Shown: positions 29,932-47,700, numbered from the stretch's first letter. The stretch is 64,000 nucleotides of DNA from Diadema antillarum (GCF_040938485.1 NW_027271395.1:124001-188000), one strand, 5' to 3'. The notes: generated by a model from the sequence alone, not told the origin. Numbers and translations: made by a program.

Positions 29932-30830
29932 GCCGACATCGTGTCAGTACCAAAGAAGTCCTGCTTCAAGCCGTCGGGGGAAATGATTCATCGAGACGAA
30001 ATGCATCCACGACCCCACTCCTAATCATCTCACCAGTCGTATTTGTCATCGCCGATTGAAATCAGAGCATCGGAAGTAAAGTTTTATGGCTATTATTGAA
30101 CCATAATTGACCAACAGTCACCATGCAAAGTCACAAGATGAGAAAGTATACATACAGCAAGCCTTATTTTCTATACTTTCAGTAAGATTACGATTACTGG
30201 TTTGACTATTTTCATTATGATATAATATTGTCAAAAATAGTAATAGATAGATCTCCTTCATAAGTTTTGTGATGGAAGGTTATCAATTTTATTTTCAGAA
30301 AGGCAGATCTTTCAGTCTAGATGATTTCCCTATTTCATTTTATAATCATTTCAGGGTGTTTTTTTTTTTCAGAAGGCGGGATGGACATAGTGGTTCTCCA
30401 GCACAAAAGAAAAGAAAAGAAAAAAAAAATGTTTCTCTTGCGGAAGGTTCTGCAAATTTCATTCATTGAATTCAATTTCATTTTCATTCTCTTTATCCTG
30501 CGTTTTAGGCTGGAAAACGAAATATCCTGGCATAGTGACCACATTAAATCCGTTTATCGGGAGTGATTTTCCAACGTGGTTCCAACATTGTACTATTGAA
30601 CTGCGTCAATTTTGTAATGCTCTTATTATAATATAGATAATAATAGACAGTTACTCACAAATATCAGAAAGTGAAGAATACGAACTAAGAAATTTTCCAA
30701 AGAGCTTCCGTACATTATTTTGCATTTCTTTCACCTCGCGTTTGTTCTGTTTCTGTTTTCTTTGATGATCATTCAATCTATAACATTCCCAAAACACATA
30801 CACACACAAATTAAAAAACAAGCAAAAAAA

Positions 30831-30862
<32 letters not shown>

Positions 30863-31865
30863 AAGAACTCGAAGGACATAACCAATTTAAGAGAATCTGA
30901 CCGTGTTCGATCCTCTTGTTTTTCACATCACCGTCACAATTTTACATTACCGTCTGAAAGTGTCTGTTATTGATGACATATTTGACATCCACATACCGGT
31001 AGTTCATTTCCTGAATAAATCAGACTACATGTATGTGGTGATTTCTCATTTGTATACTGTATGTTTAGCTATTTACCTAATTGATTTGGTTATGAACATG
31101 AATAACTCTAGAAGTATTCATGGTTAAGAATATCCTATATTGATTACGATGCATACTTATCCATAAATAGGTATTATTACGCAATGAATCACAGTGGATA
31201 TAGGAACGCAGTGATTTAAAAACATGCCCGTGACATGATAAGCAATATCTCAAGTGTAAAGTTACGCCGTTATATACCGTCATCGTTGCGTGAAAAACAA
31301 GGCTCTTAATTTTAATGGAACACCAAATCATGCATAAAAATTCTGAACAACAATGATCACTGCATGAGGGGTAGGCCTATTAGATTTCGATAAGGCGTGC
31401 CCTCTAAATCGTTTTCATTATTCGTATACCCCACTATATCTTGAATTGGCCACATTTTTATTTTTCGTTGACACAACAATTATGATTATGTTTCTTGGTT
31501 ACCTCTCCTTATATCATTGTTGCATGCTACAAGGGAAAACGATTTGCGCTATATTCAGATGATAAAAAAGTCAATGTATGTTTTATAATTCAAATCTGTA
31601 TACTAATTAGTTTGTAAAATCTTTACCCTAAGAATCTAAACATTAATATACATTGTCATGTACTTAGCTTGTGGGCCTCGCGCTAACGGAGCTTGCTAAA
31701 TCACTCTCTACACGGTGCCCTGTCTCTCGCAATGGTCATTGAAATCTATATAGTTTCGAATTACGCGAGCTATCTTTTTTTTTCACGAAGATTCAAGCAA
31801 TCAGAAGCCATCATTCCAAACTAGATTCATTGGTCCTCATACAATCGCCTGAGGCATAATAAATT

Positions 31866-32219
31866 GAGTTACAGTTCGTTATTCCGAAGGTTCGTTAATC
31901 TGAAAGTTCTTTAGTCCGAAGGTTTGTTATTCCGAAGGTTCATTAATCCGAAAATGAAATAAGGGTCGAAATTCCGAAGGTTCGTTAATCCGAAAATGAC
32001 ACAAAGCTCGTTATTCCGAAGGTTCGTTACGGACCCTATTTCATTTCGGATCAACGAACCTTAGGAATAACGCCACAAATGTTGAGATGAACGAACCCTT
32101 TTTTCATTTTCGGATTAACGAACCTCATAGGTATATGGAATTTGCGAGTTTCAGATTAACGAACCTTCGGTATAACGAACCTTCGGAATAGCGAACCTTC
32201 GGAATAACGAACAGCACCC
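31866..32219. mobile_element. Foldback-type MITE built of ~15-bp TTATTCCGAAGGTTCG units
   Basis: Left arm carries tandem TT(A/T)TCCGAAGGTTCG units, right arm their reverse complements; 21-bp match 31874-31894 / 32192-32212. Confidence 0.85.
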
Positions 32220-33331
32220 AATAGATATATTGTGGTATTAATGAGCGAAAACATTCATTTGAAGTTTTTCTCCCTAGATCAGTGGTTAGTTGTTCTATCG
32301 CTTGGACTATTCACCATATTCTATCAAAGTCTTAAAAAAAACAAAATACAAACTTGTAAAACGTGAATTGAACCAATGAACTTCCAACAACAGTGGGAAT
32401 TAATTCCGTATATGAATTTGACCGAGTACAAAACACATGCAATGCAAACTATTGTACATTCCTTCAAAGTTCTTCTACTGCTGTACTCGAAAATGTTCTC
32501 TTTCTCATCGTGCCGAGTATTAAAACTGCAGTTTATTTGCACATGTATCTCGTTGTTTGCTCTATATCAGGTCAGCTTACATATTTTTTTTTCTTCTTTA
32601 CTACTGGACATACATGTTGATACACGAAGTATAATGTCATTTGCCCGCGCACATAAAAATGCACTCACACTCACATGTATATGATATGTATATATGTATA
32701 ATACGTATGTGTATATGTATATATATGTATATGTTTATGTATATGTATACATAATATAATTACATCTATACATGTATATACATCGTATATAATTTGTTAC
32801 TCCCATTCATAGTACATATACATGACTCAAAACAAAGAGAACACTGTCCATCCAGTATATCAACACACAGCGAGGAGTTGGATATCCCAAGAATGCATCG
32901 GTAATAAATGTTCACTGATTTTTTTTTCTTCAACTGAATGACCTGATATTGCTTAAACAAGATTATTAATGTATCAATCCATGTTCTATTCAAGAACACC
33001 GTGTTCTACCATATCTAGACTTAGTGGTGAATGTATGTTACGTGGACTGACAAAAATGTGACAGCTAGGTCACATTATGGTATACAAGCACACCTTATGT
33101 GACCATCTGTCTATACATTCAATTTCTCTCTTGCCACAAAAAGCATGTTTCTGTCTCCCGCTTGGGGTTTTTGTCAACAGGTTTGATTTTATAGAATAAA
33201 ATGAACAATACATACACAGACACAGATGATGCATATATACATTTGGGTGTGTCTAGTATACTGTATTATAAACTAGGTATAAATATGTTATACATAATGT
33301 ACATAATGTATAACTTATAACATAATACACA

Positions 33332-33382
<51 letters not shown>

Positions 33383-34009
33383 TTATGTGTTAGTGTATAT
33401 GGCATACTAGCAATTTCAATTTTCTTTACTCTTGATGTCATGACCACAGAAATTCTACAGATACTGTATGATCACTGGAATTATCTGTTGACTTTGATCA
33501 AATACAGTGAAATCCTTTTTTTTAAAAGCACACTTTGTAAAGCTTTAGTATAACAAAATATTTTTATTCTCCAGTTTACACTTTTCTTAGCATTTCATTG
33601 TTTATCAAGCACTGCTCAATAAAATTTCCAAATCGTTAGGAGAAGTAACTTTTTATTAATGAATTTGTTTTATGAAATTTTCACAGAACTGCGTTTACGT
33701 CAGAACATGATGTAATACACTACAGGCAACTTCAGTTATCCAAATGACGAAGTCCACGGGACCGGCAGTTTTCTTTTGATACATCGAAATTTTATTTACT
33801 ACAGACAAACAAACAGGAGCATATAAAAATACAATATATGAATTCAAATTTTGGGACCTAAATTTTCACTTCATTGTGACAAAATTCCATTATTACGGGA
33901 GTGCACTGTACAAGAAACAGAATATTCATAACATTATGAGATAGGTTGCATTTGATTGTTCAACAATAATTGTATGGCACAATATGTGCAATACACTTGG
34001 TTGATACTG

Positions 34010-34346
34010 CTTGCTGACTATTACTAGTCACCTGGGCGGGGCGAGCCACGAGAGGTTGGCATCATTCGCCTTTTTCTTGTGTGGGTTGGTAGGAGGACCA
34101 CTTCACCGGGTTAGCACCCCCTGCTCTTTGCAATGAATGAATAAAGTAGGATCATTTACGGGCGTGAGTCATGGTTAACTCACACACGGGAACTCCATTT
34201 AATGTCCTATCCAAGGGACAGCTTTGCCCCTTACTGGAGGGGATGAAATGCTTAATACACACAACATTGCACAGTGAAACTTGGGAATCAGACCTGGGTC
34301 CTTTGGATCTGGAGGCAGATGCGCTACTGAGCCAAATCACCTCCCA
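34010..34346 (-). mobile_element. tRNA-derived SINE (second family)
   Basis: Minus strand begins GGGAGGTGATTTGGCTCAGT...GACCCAGGTCTGATTCCC (decayed A/B boxes), followed by a conserved-looking core (AAAGAGCAGGGGGTGCTAACCCGGTG). Confidence 0.6.
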
Positions 34347-34912
34347 TCAAAGGTCGCATTGACATCTCATGACTTTACCAAGAATCCTTGCACAAGTGGG
34401 TCCATCAATGCTGTAAATACCTTTTCTTTGCTGTAATGTAACAGCAGGTGTAAATGTTGTCTTCTTTGTCATACACTATTGTAGACTATCTGCTCTCTAC
34501 AGGCATAATACTCCTCTGTGCAATTATATTTCACTGATGCCATTAGCCAAGGTAGAATTGTTCTAGGTAAAGGACTCTTTTAATGCTACTCTTAATCACC
34601 AAAGCAGATGCGAGACCTAAAATACTCGCATCAAGTCTCGTGATGTAGCGATCATGAGTACCTGTCAGCCTGGAGAATTTGCTCTCAGCTGATCATTTTC
34701 CCTCTTCAGAACTTTGCATTCATGAATTGCAACTTTCTGTAGCTAGTGGGGAGAAATCTGTCCAGACCGTCTTTCTTCAGGTCAACAGGTTCTCAGGAGC
34801 GGAAAATCACTTTACCTGATGCAAACAGTGAGGTTTAGCAATGGTTAGGCAAGTAAAGACGTCATAAAAAGAGTCTTGGATGTCGACTAATGTGAAATGT
34901 AACTCCACTTGG

Positions 34913-35308
34913 CAGGGATGCCAAGTTAAAAAAAATGTTATGAGTGAGATTTGCATGACTCGGCATCGCTCGGCATCTCGGCGCGCGAATGAACGCGCAA
35001 GCGAGGATGTAGGAGGGGTTTTTCCCCCTGTGGCCTCCCACGGTAGGGAGCTTTTTCAATTTTTAGCCCTTAATGGTGTGATCAGGTGCATACTTAAGTG
35101 ATCATTTTTTACTTATTTTGAAAGACGTAAGGGAAGTATACCTTCAAATGCAACTATCACTTTAATCTTTTGAGCTAAGCTCCCTATCATAGGCTCAAGT
35201 TGCAGACTCCGCCCAATGCGTGAGAAAAATGGGTGCCATGCATGAGATCGTGAGACAGACCCTAAATGCTTGAGTCTCACGCATTCTGCGTGAGACTTGG
35301 TAGCTCTG
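34913..35308. mobile_element. hAT-like MITE with 6-bp TSD, copy 2 (just downstream of the TTC32 stop)
   Basis: TIRs CAGGGATGCCAAGT / CAGAGCTACCAAGT; ACTTGG on both flanks; colinear with 7533-7909. Confidence 0.88.
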
Positions 35309-35429
35309 ACTTGGTCCACTTTTTGAGATACTTGTGCATAATCTAGTACAGCGCATGTTAGACCAAGTACTAGTTATGATGTTCAAGTGAAATACATGCA
35401 TAAGAGGAAATTCAGCTGGTGAGTTGGTG

Positions 35430-38292
<2,863 letters not shown>

Positions 38293-38800
38293 GATACCGG
38301 AACTTCCTTTGGTGTTGACATTCGCACAACGAGAATCATCGGCCTCAACTTCTCGGTACGTTACGATCTTTGCTAGCACAAATAGCAGCTGCTGTATGCA
38401 TACATGCGCCGCATGCAGCATGAATTTAATACATCCATTCCACAGCCCGCACTTTCAAAGCACAGATCAGCCTGAACGCTTGTATTTCTGGTGAGTTGTC
38501 GATTATATTTCAGCATTCGCTGAACAAGGACATCGCCTCACTCATTAATGAAAAGCCGAAAAGTGTACTAGTGTACTTTCGCATCACCTCATGGTGGCTT
38601 TAGGAAGTCATTTTAACGGCCTACAGTGAACATTGTGTGCATTCATCATAGCGACGTGATTGTTTTTATTTCAAGGTTCTCTGAATGATCCCACACGTTC
38701 ATCGTGTCGCGCGGGCCGACAGCGCCCCGGCGGCGCGGTGTTAGCATTGCGTTTCGTGCTTGTAGCAGCAGCAGAGCAGCAGCAGTGTCAACAAAACCGA
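38293..38800. promoter_or_regulatory. CpG-rich candidate bidirectional promoter (TTC32 / allantoinase)
   Basis: Local CpG enrichment, ETS-like CCGGAA near 38296, divergent gene orientation, candidate 5' UTR exon donor GAAG|GTGAAT near 38802. Confidence 0.45.
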
Positions 38801-39030
38801 AGGTGAATAGGCGCACGCAGTAGAGTGGAGAGTGTGTTTGTTTCGAAGAATCACTCGTGCTCGACCGATTTATACACGTGATTATGCACTGTGCAGTGTA
38901 AGCAGGGAGGTTGGAAGAGAAGTACCTGTACAGTGCTGTATTAATTACTCGTAATGCAACATACCGCTGCTGGATGTAGACCCTACAAAAAGTATTGGAG
39001 TTCTATTTCTGTCTACTACTAGGTCTACAA

Positions 39031-39750
39031 TAGCCCCGGAGACCCGCCGCGGCGGGGTCCTGGCGGCTACCCCGCAGTTTCGTTCAAGTGAGAATCACGA
39101 ACAACTCCCTATTGCCACATATACGGCAACTTCACAAATAAACCATGGCTAAATGTTCATCATAAACACAGTGACAATATAAAATGAAATATACACTACC
39201 CCATTGCCTTGGTCCTTCTCACCAATTTATGTGGAAACTGCATAATTTTCCACATTTTTTAGGAGTAGGCGGTCTGCCCTAGTGGAGAGCTTTGCTGCTA
39301 TTTTGAACGTGTATATCCATCAGTACGCATCTACGCATGCGTAAACAATGACGTCAACGTTACGGACGCAGAAGGATATGAATAATGCATCATCGCACGG
39401 TGAATATGCATCATGTAGCGAGTAATACAGCTGTCAATGCACTGCACTGAATGCATTGTGTGCGCATGTGCAAGTGATTGTGAGTTTTAGTGAGCATCGG
39501 TGAGCTGAAGATATTTGCCTTATAAGACAGCATTTTCTGCATCATAAGCAATGAAATGCATCAAACAGTCGCCGATGTGAATCATTTAGGTTTAGTCGAC
39601 CCATGTAAGTATTCCCAGTAGTTTTTGTTGAAAAATTAAGGAAATACAGCGCCGGAACGGCACCCGTTTGGTACAACATTAAAATATCGATGCCAAAACG
39701 GCGCAGCCCCAACACTGTACGTTGTACGTTGGGGCTGCTGGTCGCAGTTA
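39031..39750 (-). mobile_element. Non-autonomous DNA transposon with 9-bp TSD (AcademH- or MULE-like), copy 2
   Basis: Perfect TSD GGTCTACAA at 39022-39030 and 39751-39759; ends TAGCCCCGG...GCAGTTA; inverted homologue of 24721-26008 lacking ~570 bp of its interior. Confidence 0.92.
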
Positions 39751-40246
39751 GGTCTACAACTACAAGGTTGCATAGCAGGTACCGTAATCATCGATCTGGA
39801 TTGTGGATCTACATATATTTACAGCATGGTGACGACAACTGCATGTGGAGTGAACTGAGTGAATTTCTCCCCCTTTAACATGTTTCATTTTCACCTTTTC
39901 CTGCATTTGCAAATTCACATGTTTTTTTCGTGGACAATCTGCACACTCCACCAGGCGCCAGATCTTATTATTTGGATGACAGCTAGTCCCCCCCCCCAAA
40001 TATTAAAAAGATGTTTTGCTGCCTCTCTGCTTTGTGGAGACTACCAGTAGGCCCTATGATCGTTATCGATATTCTTTTCATAGAGGGTAGTAGATATATA
40101 TTGTTGGCCCCTGTGGAATGAATGTCGCACCGATAAATATAGGACCGTAAAGTGCACAATTGCCAAATGATTAAAGTACCGATATTGGTTTATTCTTGGG
40201 GAAATTTTACTAGCCTACACTATCAAAATTTAAAAAAAACGACAAC

Positions 40247-40284
<38 letters not shown>

Positions 40285-40409
40285 AACAAATCAGAGGACT
40301 ACAAAATATGAATTATATAAATGAGGAATTTTCCTCCTGGCCAATTTCCCTCATGGCCAATTTTCCTCATGGCAAAGATAGAGGGAAAGAAAGGGAGTGG
40401 GAGACCCGG

Positions 40410-40790
40410 AGAGAACTTCACATATTTGCACTTTCCTAGCGTAATGAAAGAGCACTTTACTTGCCTCTGTTAGAAAGCAGGGAAAATGTAATAATACAAT
40501 CTTGTACTGACTGAAAGTGAAATTTTCATGAAAAATTACATTTTATGGAATTGTTGTCATATTTCCTTTGTTGTTGTCCATGCATGACATCATAAACTGT
40601 TACTTTAATAGTCTTCTTAAATCTTAATCTTATCCAGTGATGACAGCACCAAGTTCTTAGAGTACCTGTACTTTTAAATATAAATTGTTCAATTTTCCTC
40701 ATAACTTTCACTGATGAGTTCTACCAATAATAAAATAGTAAGAGATTGCTGCTTTCACTCACTGTAACCTACAATGTACATTTGAGTTTT
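40410..40790. mobile_element. Kolobok-like repeat fragment
   Basis: Reverse-complement similarity to ~27480-27662 and ~28240-28380 (e.g. TAATGAAAGAGCACTT..ACTT, AACTTTCACTGAT..GTTCT). Confidence 0.6.
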
Positions 40791-41299
40791 GCTTGAATAC
40801 ACATTATATCACAGACATGACATTTCAGACTGTCTCATTGTACACTCTGTATGTTCTTGCTTTGCCTTGACAAAAAAAAAGAAGTGCTCAGTCAATCACA
40901 AAAAAAATAAAAGAAAAAAGGTAACAGCAATACATGTTAAAACACTACACACATGTGATCTTGCTATGAATTGCAAAGAGGTCACAGTTCAAAACAGACA
41001 AGTATGTAATGTCATTACATTTCCCAATCAGGCAGCCATGACCACTTACATTTTAAAACATCCCATAATGTCACAGGTATCACATTTTGATCAGATTAAG
41101 AATGAAAGAAAGAAAAGAAAACACACACACAAACACAAACCTGATATTCAATACAACTGAACCTTTAGTACGGTAGCATTGAGGTATCTACATGTAGTAG
41201 TATCAAGGTATTACGAGCACTTTCTGGAGTTCATTTCGGATATCTACCTTTAACTTTCTTCCATGTCAATATTATAGTGTGCAATCACGCTAGACTACG

Positions 41300-42271
41300 A
41301 TGGCCAGTATTCGTGTCAGGAGTCGTAGGGTTCTGCTTCCAGGAGGGAAGGAATGTCCAGCAGTAGTGGAGATCAAGAATGGAGTAATAGCGGCTATCCA
41401 TCGGCAAAATTTAGACCAAGTGTCATGGGATCCACTTACGGTGAGTCTGAAAATGCAGTACTGGGCCCCGTTGCTAGAAACTTTGCGTTTAAACGCAACT
41501 TGCAACTGATTGTCACTGGCCAATCAAAATCATTGTTGCATGCATGTCTTCTTAATAGGGCAGACCCTGAGCCAATCAGAATGGTTGTTTCAAAATTAGC
41601 AATTATTTGCAATTGATTGCAACTTTCTTGCAACGGGGCCCTGTACTGGTACCGGTAAGTGTGAAAGTGACATTGTTCCCACAAAGAATCCATATTATTA
41701 GCAGTAAAAGGAAGGAAGAAACAATTTTCTTTTGAGAGAGGTTTTATTATGGCCTAGACACTCAACTCAAATGTATTTGTAGGGAAAGTGGAGTTTCCTC
41801 AGTCGGTTCTTGTCACTGTCATAGTAATTCTACATTTTGAACAAGATAAACCCAATCTTCATACAGAAATGCCATGTGAGTAATACCATTGACAAAATAC
41901 TGTGTGTAATGTAAATGTGAGTTTGGACTGCTGCTCTGTACTTGTGTTGCACAAGTGTGGGTTATTAAATTGTTTTTTTGGAGTAAGTGTCTAAAACTGC
42001 AAAGCAATAATTACCGGTACTCAAGTGCCTGGAATTACACCAGATATAAAGGTACCAGGTAAATGTTGAACTATCCAATATTGAAAATATTGGTGAATCA
42101 AATGGGTAGGCTATAGTTGTATTTAAGGTATTCACTTATGTTATATTAGTAGAAACTAGAAGGGTAAAAAAGCGTTAAAATTCAATTGTAGAAAACTAGT
42201 ATTTATATAATTTTTTCCCCCGCTAATTTATGATGCACACCCATTTTTACTTCTGGAACCAGACCCCCCCC

Positions 42272-42307
<36 letters not shown>

Positions 42308-44706
42308 ATAGTTGTTGGGGTAGTTGTCTTGAGGGGCAGTGGTCCTGGAGGGACATTGGTGTGGGGTTAGTTGTCCAGGGTTGATTGTCCGGAGGGTAAT
42401 TGTTCATTGGATAGTTGTCCTAATAGGATCAAATGTTATTATTATAGTTTATATTAGAGAGCTGCTTTGTTGATTTAAAAAAAGCAAAGGGAAAAGATCA
42501 GATTGCATAGGCCTCCTTGGGTCAGTTTAATTTCTAACATCATCTGTTCTCCTCATCTGTCATGAAAATGGTGCTAATCTGAAAGGACCTTGATGCTGGC
42601 GAGAAACTGGTCATGCCAGGAGTGGTGGACAGCCATGTCCATGTCAACGAGCCTGGCCGCACCCAGTGGGAGGGCTACCAGACAGCCACCAGGGCAGCAG
42701 CAGCGGGCGGGGTGACAACCATCGTGGACATGCCTCTGTGAGTGTCACTTAGGGCATGATCAAATCAAAAGAACAAAAGGACAATGTACACAATAAATGC
42801 ATAATGAATATTAGCTGTCCCACACAACAATGAAACTTAATGGCAATGAATCTGTTATTAAACTAAGAAGAACTCTGAAGGTCATGTGTCTAGGAATATG
42901 TAATGGGGAAACATGGAAATAGTCTGCTTTAGTGCTATGGCAAGAATATGCATGTGAATGTGCATGTCAGTCCTGATCTATATTATGTGAGAACACTATG
43001 CAATCCATTGAAAATTCAACATATCGTGTATTTCCATCCAGGAACTGCATTCCACCGACCACAACACTGGAAGCGTTTCATCTGAAGATGTCGCACGCCA
43101 AGACTTCCTGCCACGTGGATGTAGCTTTCTGGGGTGGAGTCGTGCCAAAGAATCAGGTAAACACCATATGATGATTATAATGGTATTGATTACTGCCATT
43201 TCAAATGACTGCTGCTGCTGGTGTCACTGCATCTGCTACAAGGGAACCTTGTTATGATGAGGACCTAAAAAGTTGACAATCACCTTGATGTATCGGGTGT
43301 CTCACTTTATCAGGGTACAAAGACAAAGAAATAGAAAAAAGTCGGAACCTGCAAAAGCACCTTGTTATTCAAGAGAGGAATTTGTTTTATCCAACCTCTT
43401 TGTAACGAGGTTCCACTGTACCAGTGATGCCGATAATGCTAACAGTATAACTGCTATTTCCTTTTCGCTCTGCCCTTGTTAGTGGCTTTCTGTTTTGCAC
43501 ACAACATTGATGTGGCTTTCTTTGTGGGTTTTTTTTTTGTTTTCGCTGTTTTGAGATGATGGTCCTGAGGAAAAGAAAAATGAAATTCAACTCCATGTTC
43601 AAATTGATTGTTTTAGACGGATCGGAATGAGACATCTAATGGAAGTTAAGCAAATATTTTTAGTTTTCCTGAGTCTAGAGCTTTCATGGCAAAATGGCAT
43701 AGCAAACTTACTGTGAAGTAACGAAAATCACACTCTAGTGTCAATATTTTTCTGGCAATATTCTCATGTGGCTTGTGACACAGTTCTCAAGCAACTGTGT
43801 ACAAGCTGTTATTTTCACGTACAGATATTTTCATGAATGAGGAGATCACAGACATTTTCGAGAGATGTTGTTTTAGCGAATTGACACTGACGCTGTTGAA
43901 AATGCACTTTTACATTTAATAGCGCATGGTGACCCTTATTTTCGCGAGTTGTTATATTTGAGACCCAACTGTAATTCATGATATTCATGAAAATTAAACC
44001 CTTGCGAAAATAACAGCTTATACAGTATGTGATGTCGAGATTTTTGATGTGCAATGTTAACAACTGTATCACATCAGTGTCCTCATGTCCACTCTTCCCT
44101 CCCCCATCCCACAGTTGGAGTTGCGCCCCATGATTCGGGCGGGTATCGCCGGATTCAAGTGCTTCCTGATTCACAGCGGTGTGGACGAGTTCCCCCATGT
44201 CACTGAGCAGGATCTTCACCAGGCCTTGCAGCAGCTGCAAGGCACAAACAGTGTTCTCCTGGTGAGTTATGCAAGAGAAAGTGACATGTAAATGTGTTAT
44301 AACCAGAAATATTGTCCGCATGAAATTTTCGCAAATCGGAGTCAACGGCCTTTTTTGCACCATGAAATTTTTTTTAAAATTGCCACTGACGTTCATTGCA
44401 TAAATGGTGTAGATAACTTTTATGGCATTTTGATTTCGCAAAGATTTCATGCATGTGAACATTTCTGGTTTCACAGTACAAACTTGTAGATAGATATTAA
44501 GTATCTATATAGTAGATATATGGATAGATGGATGGATGGATAGATAACTGTAGATGGAGAGACAGATTTAAGATGAATGAAGAGATAAATAAAATAGATA
44601 TAAAATGGATAGAAGTGTAGATGTATAATAAATAGAAATGGAAGGATAGATAGGTAGATCAGGAGTTAAATTGAATGTAATACAATAATGAATATTGAAA
44701 GACTGG

Positions 44707-44748
<42 letters not shown>

Positions 44749-47700
44749 GAGGTATGTTATAGACTTTGATACAGTTCTTGTGTCATATATTATCAAACCT
44801 GTCATAGTCTGAATGGATTTTCATTATTAAAACAGTGTTCTTTTGCTGTGTATGTATTGCATTTTGCATTGTGCGACACTCCAATATTGTTCTAAAGCCA
44901 TGTTTTGCCAGATATCGTAGGTTAAAAGAATTTATTTTGTTAATTGTTGGTCTGCAAGAGCATTAATTTCTCTTTTTCAGCTGAACAGCCTCAAGTGCAG
45001 GAGATTCAATATTCTTGTTGCAATGTAATGTATTTTGCATAATGTATACATGTAGATACTAATTTTTAGGATTTCATTGTAATGCTCCTGATCATTTGAA
45101 ACTCTCAGAAAGCTGTCAATTCATAGTTGTTTTTTGTTTTTTGTTTTTGTATTTACTTTCTCCTCTGTGGTAACCAAGTTCCATGCTGAAATGGAGTTGC
45201 CCAGTGAGTCTCAGAGTGGTGGACCTGAGCAGGTGGATGCCTCGTCTGATTATCAGGATTTCTTAGCGTCAAGACCGAAAGAGATGGAGAACAATGCCAT
45301 TGAACTTGTAGCCAAGATGTGCCTTCAGTATAGGTGAGAACCCTTAGGGGCATTTGATTTCATCTTCAATGTAAAACCCACTTGCACCCTTTCCCAGGGC
45401 AACTGAAAAGCAGTGTTTGGCAAGCATTATGAAAAGAATGCTTGCCTGTCAAAGTGCAATCGATGATGCACCATGGTAAAAATTTGGGCCTTTAATTGAT
45501 AGGACAAAGTAAATGCATTCGTAAAGTCAAGACATACACTGTAGACTATACAGGATTTTAAAGTTTCACATTTTCATAAAAACAGGAATGCCCACATGCT
45601 GTACAATATATAGCCGTATATTCAGCAAATCTTATTGGGACTTCTTGACAATTTCATGTGTGGTAAAAGTCGTGACTATGGAGCACAGTATCATCACGTA
45701 CCTTGTTCATGTACTGTGTACTGCATACCAGTACATGCATGTACAAATCTATGTTATCTTTTATCACATGAGGTCCTCTTGCTCCATAATCATCTTGTAT
45801 ATTCACTCGTCAATTCAAATGTGGCACTGCATGTAATTCACCCAGAGTACCCTGCCACATCGTCCACTTGTCTTCCGCTGATGCGCTCCCCATCATCCGT
45901 GATGCCCGTCGCCGTGGCGCACCCCTGACGGTGGAGACCTGTCACCATTACCTCTCCCTCAACTCGGATGACGTACCCCAGGGAGCAACCCACTTCAAAT
46001 GTTGCCCGCCGATTAGGCAGAAGAACAACCAGGTAACTGACAAGTCCCACAATTTGGGAAAGGGATAATGATGATGATAATGATGATAATGAAAGGGATA
46101 GCAATGTTGCTACCTCAACAACAAAAACAAAGATGATACTAATTCACCCCAAAATAGAAATAAAGCCCTGGCTATTGTGCTTGATTTGTTTGTTTTTTTG
46201 TTGTTGTTTTTTAGGTGGTCATGGCATGAGCAAAGTGTGGTTTTAAAGTATATCTATTTTATTGTGAGAAATTCCACATGAATTTCCTGGCGTTAATTGT
46301 TATGCAATGCTAGAGCTACGTTATTTGTGAGATAAAACCAGATTTTTGTAGTTCCGTATGAATGTTTTACATAATCATGGCTCATGTATGAACTATGATT
46401 GCAGCCTTCAACAAACACATTTGTTCAATTCCACTTCCAGCTGTGTGGAAAGAGATGGCCGTCACTTGTAACAGCACATGATTCAGTTGCCATGGAAGTT
46501 GTTTCCCTTTTTCAAATTTTTTTTTCCCCCTCATCCAGGAAGTGCTGTGGCAGGCGCTGAAAGACGGAGATATCGACATGGTGGTATCGGACCACTCGCC
46601 ATGCACCCCGGAACTCAAGGTGCTCGAGGAGGGGGACTTTATGAAGGCCTGGGGTGGCATATCGTCCTTGCAGTTTGGTGAGGCTTTGTGTCCAGTGCCC
46701 CCCGCCTTTTCACTCATTGCTGTAGATGTTTGCCTGCAGTTTTTCCCTCTATGTACCCATGCTCCTAGCTGTAACTTGTCAAGCTATCTGCGTTGCTTTT
46801 CATTAATCAACCCCACCCCCAGTAATGAGTAAATACACACCAAAAAACAACAACAACAAAAAAAAAAAAAAAAAAAAACGATCACAAACAAATATAAAAA
46901 TCTTGGAATCAGATGAGATAGATAAAGCCACTCAAGTACAGTAGTGCATAAGAAAAGCCTTTGTGAAAGAATAGGGATTAATGAGATCCCAGATTAATAG
47001 GATTGTGTTATCCTTGCTCACTGACAGTTACCCAGTAAGCCAGTTCACAGTTCCAATCTGAGCACATGCAGTTAAAGGTCGTTGCAGACCTACTCTTGAA
47101 ATGGATTTGCAACTGAGGTACCGGTATTCAAAACCTAGACAGGGCTTCATACATGACAACTATGATATGAATGAACCAGGTACAGATTGGTATTTACAGG
47201 TGAATGTGCATTCTTTTCAGCAACTTTAACAAAAGTCATTTATGCAGCACTGACATGTAAATTACCACTTCTTGCATGGCTGTTTTCAACTGCTCTTCTT
47301 CAAGACTATTCCATGTCTTGCAAAGTCTGTGTTTGCAGAGGTCATTGCAGACTAGTGCTAACTGTGAACTGGCTTGTAATGTCTGGATGTTGGAGCAGAT
47401 AGTTGAAAGAAGCAAATCAGGAGGATGTGCAAATCTGTACAAAGAATGCAGTAAGGGTTAGCACAAATGTGTGGCACAGACACAGCTTGTGTCATCATTT
47501 TTGGCTACATCTGTTTTCTACGGACTTAAAGGTATGAGATGTCAGCTGTTTGTATTGTACCTCCAGCAGGTTGGTGATGTGGAGTCTTTATGCATTATTA
47601 TGTTTGAGGGTGCCTGCCTGTCAGATATCTCGCTAGTGAAGAATTGTTTCCATGACCTGACTGTACGTAACCCGTTCTGTGCGAGGGACTTATGACATTG

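Noticed and set aside
38293-38421. 43-codon N-terminal extension of TTC32 from ATG 38421
   Set aside because: Homology begins near ATG 38292, which gives the expected ~150-aa length; treated as 5' UTR.
43815-44474. 219-aa minus-strand ORF
   Set aside because: Antisense to an allantoinase exon and two MITE fragments; no motif.
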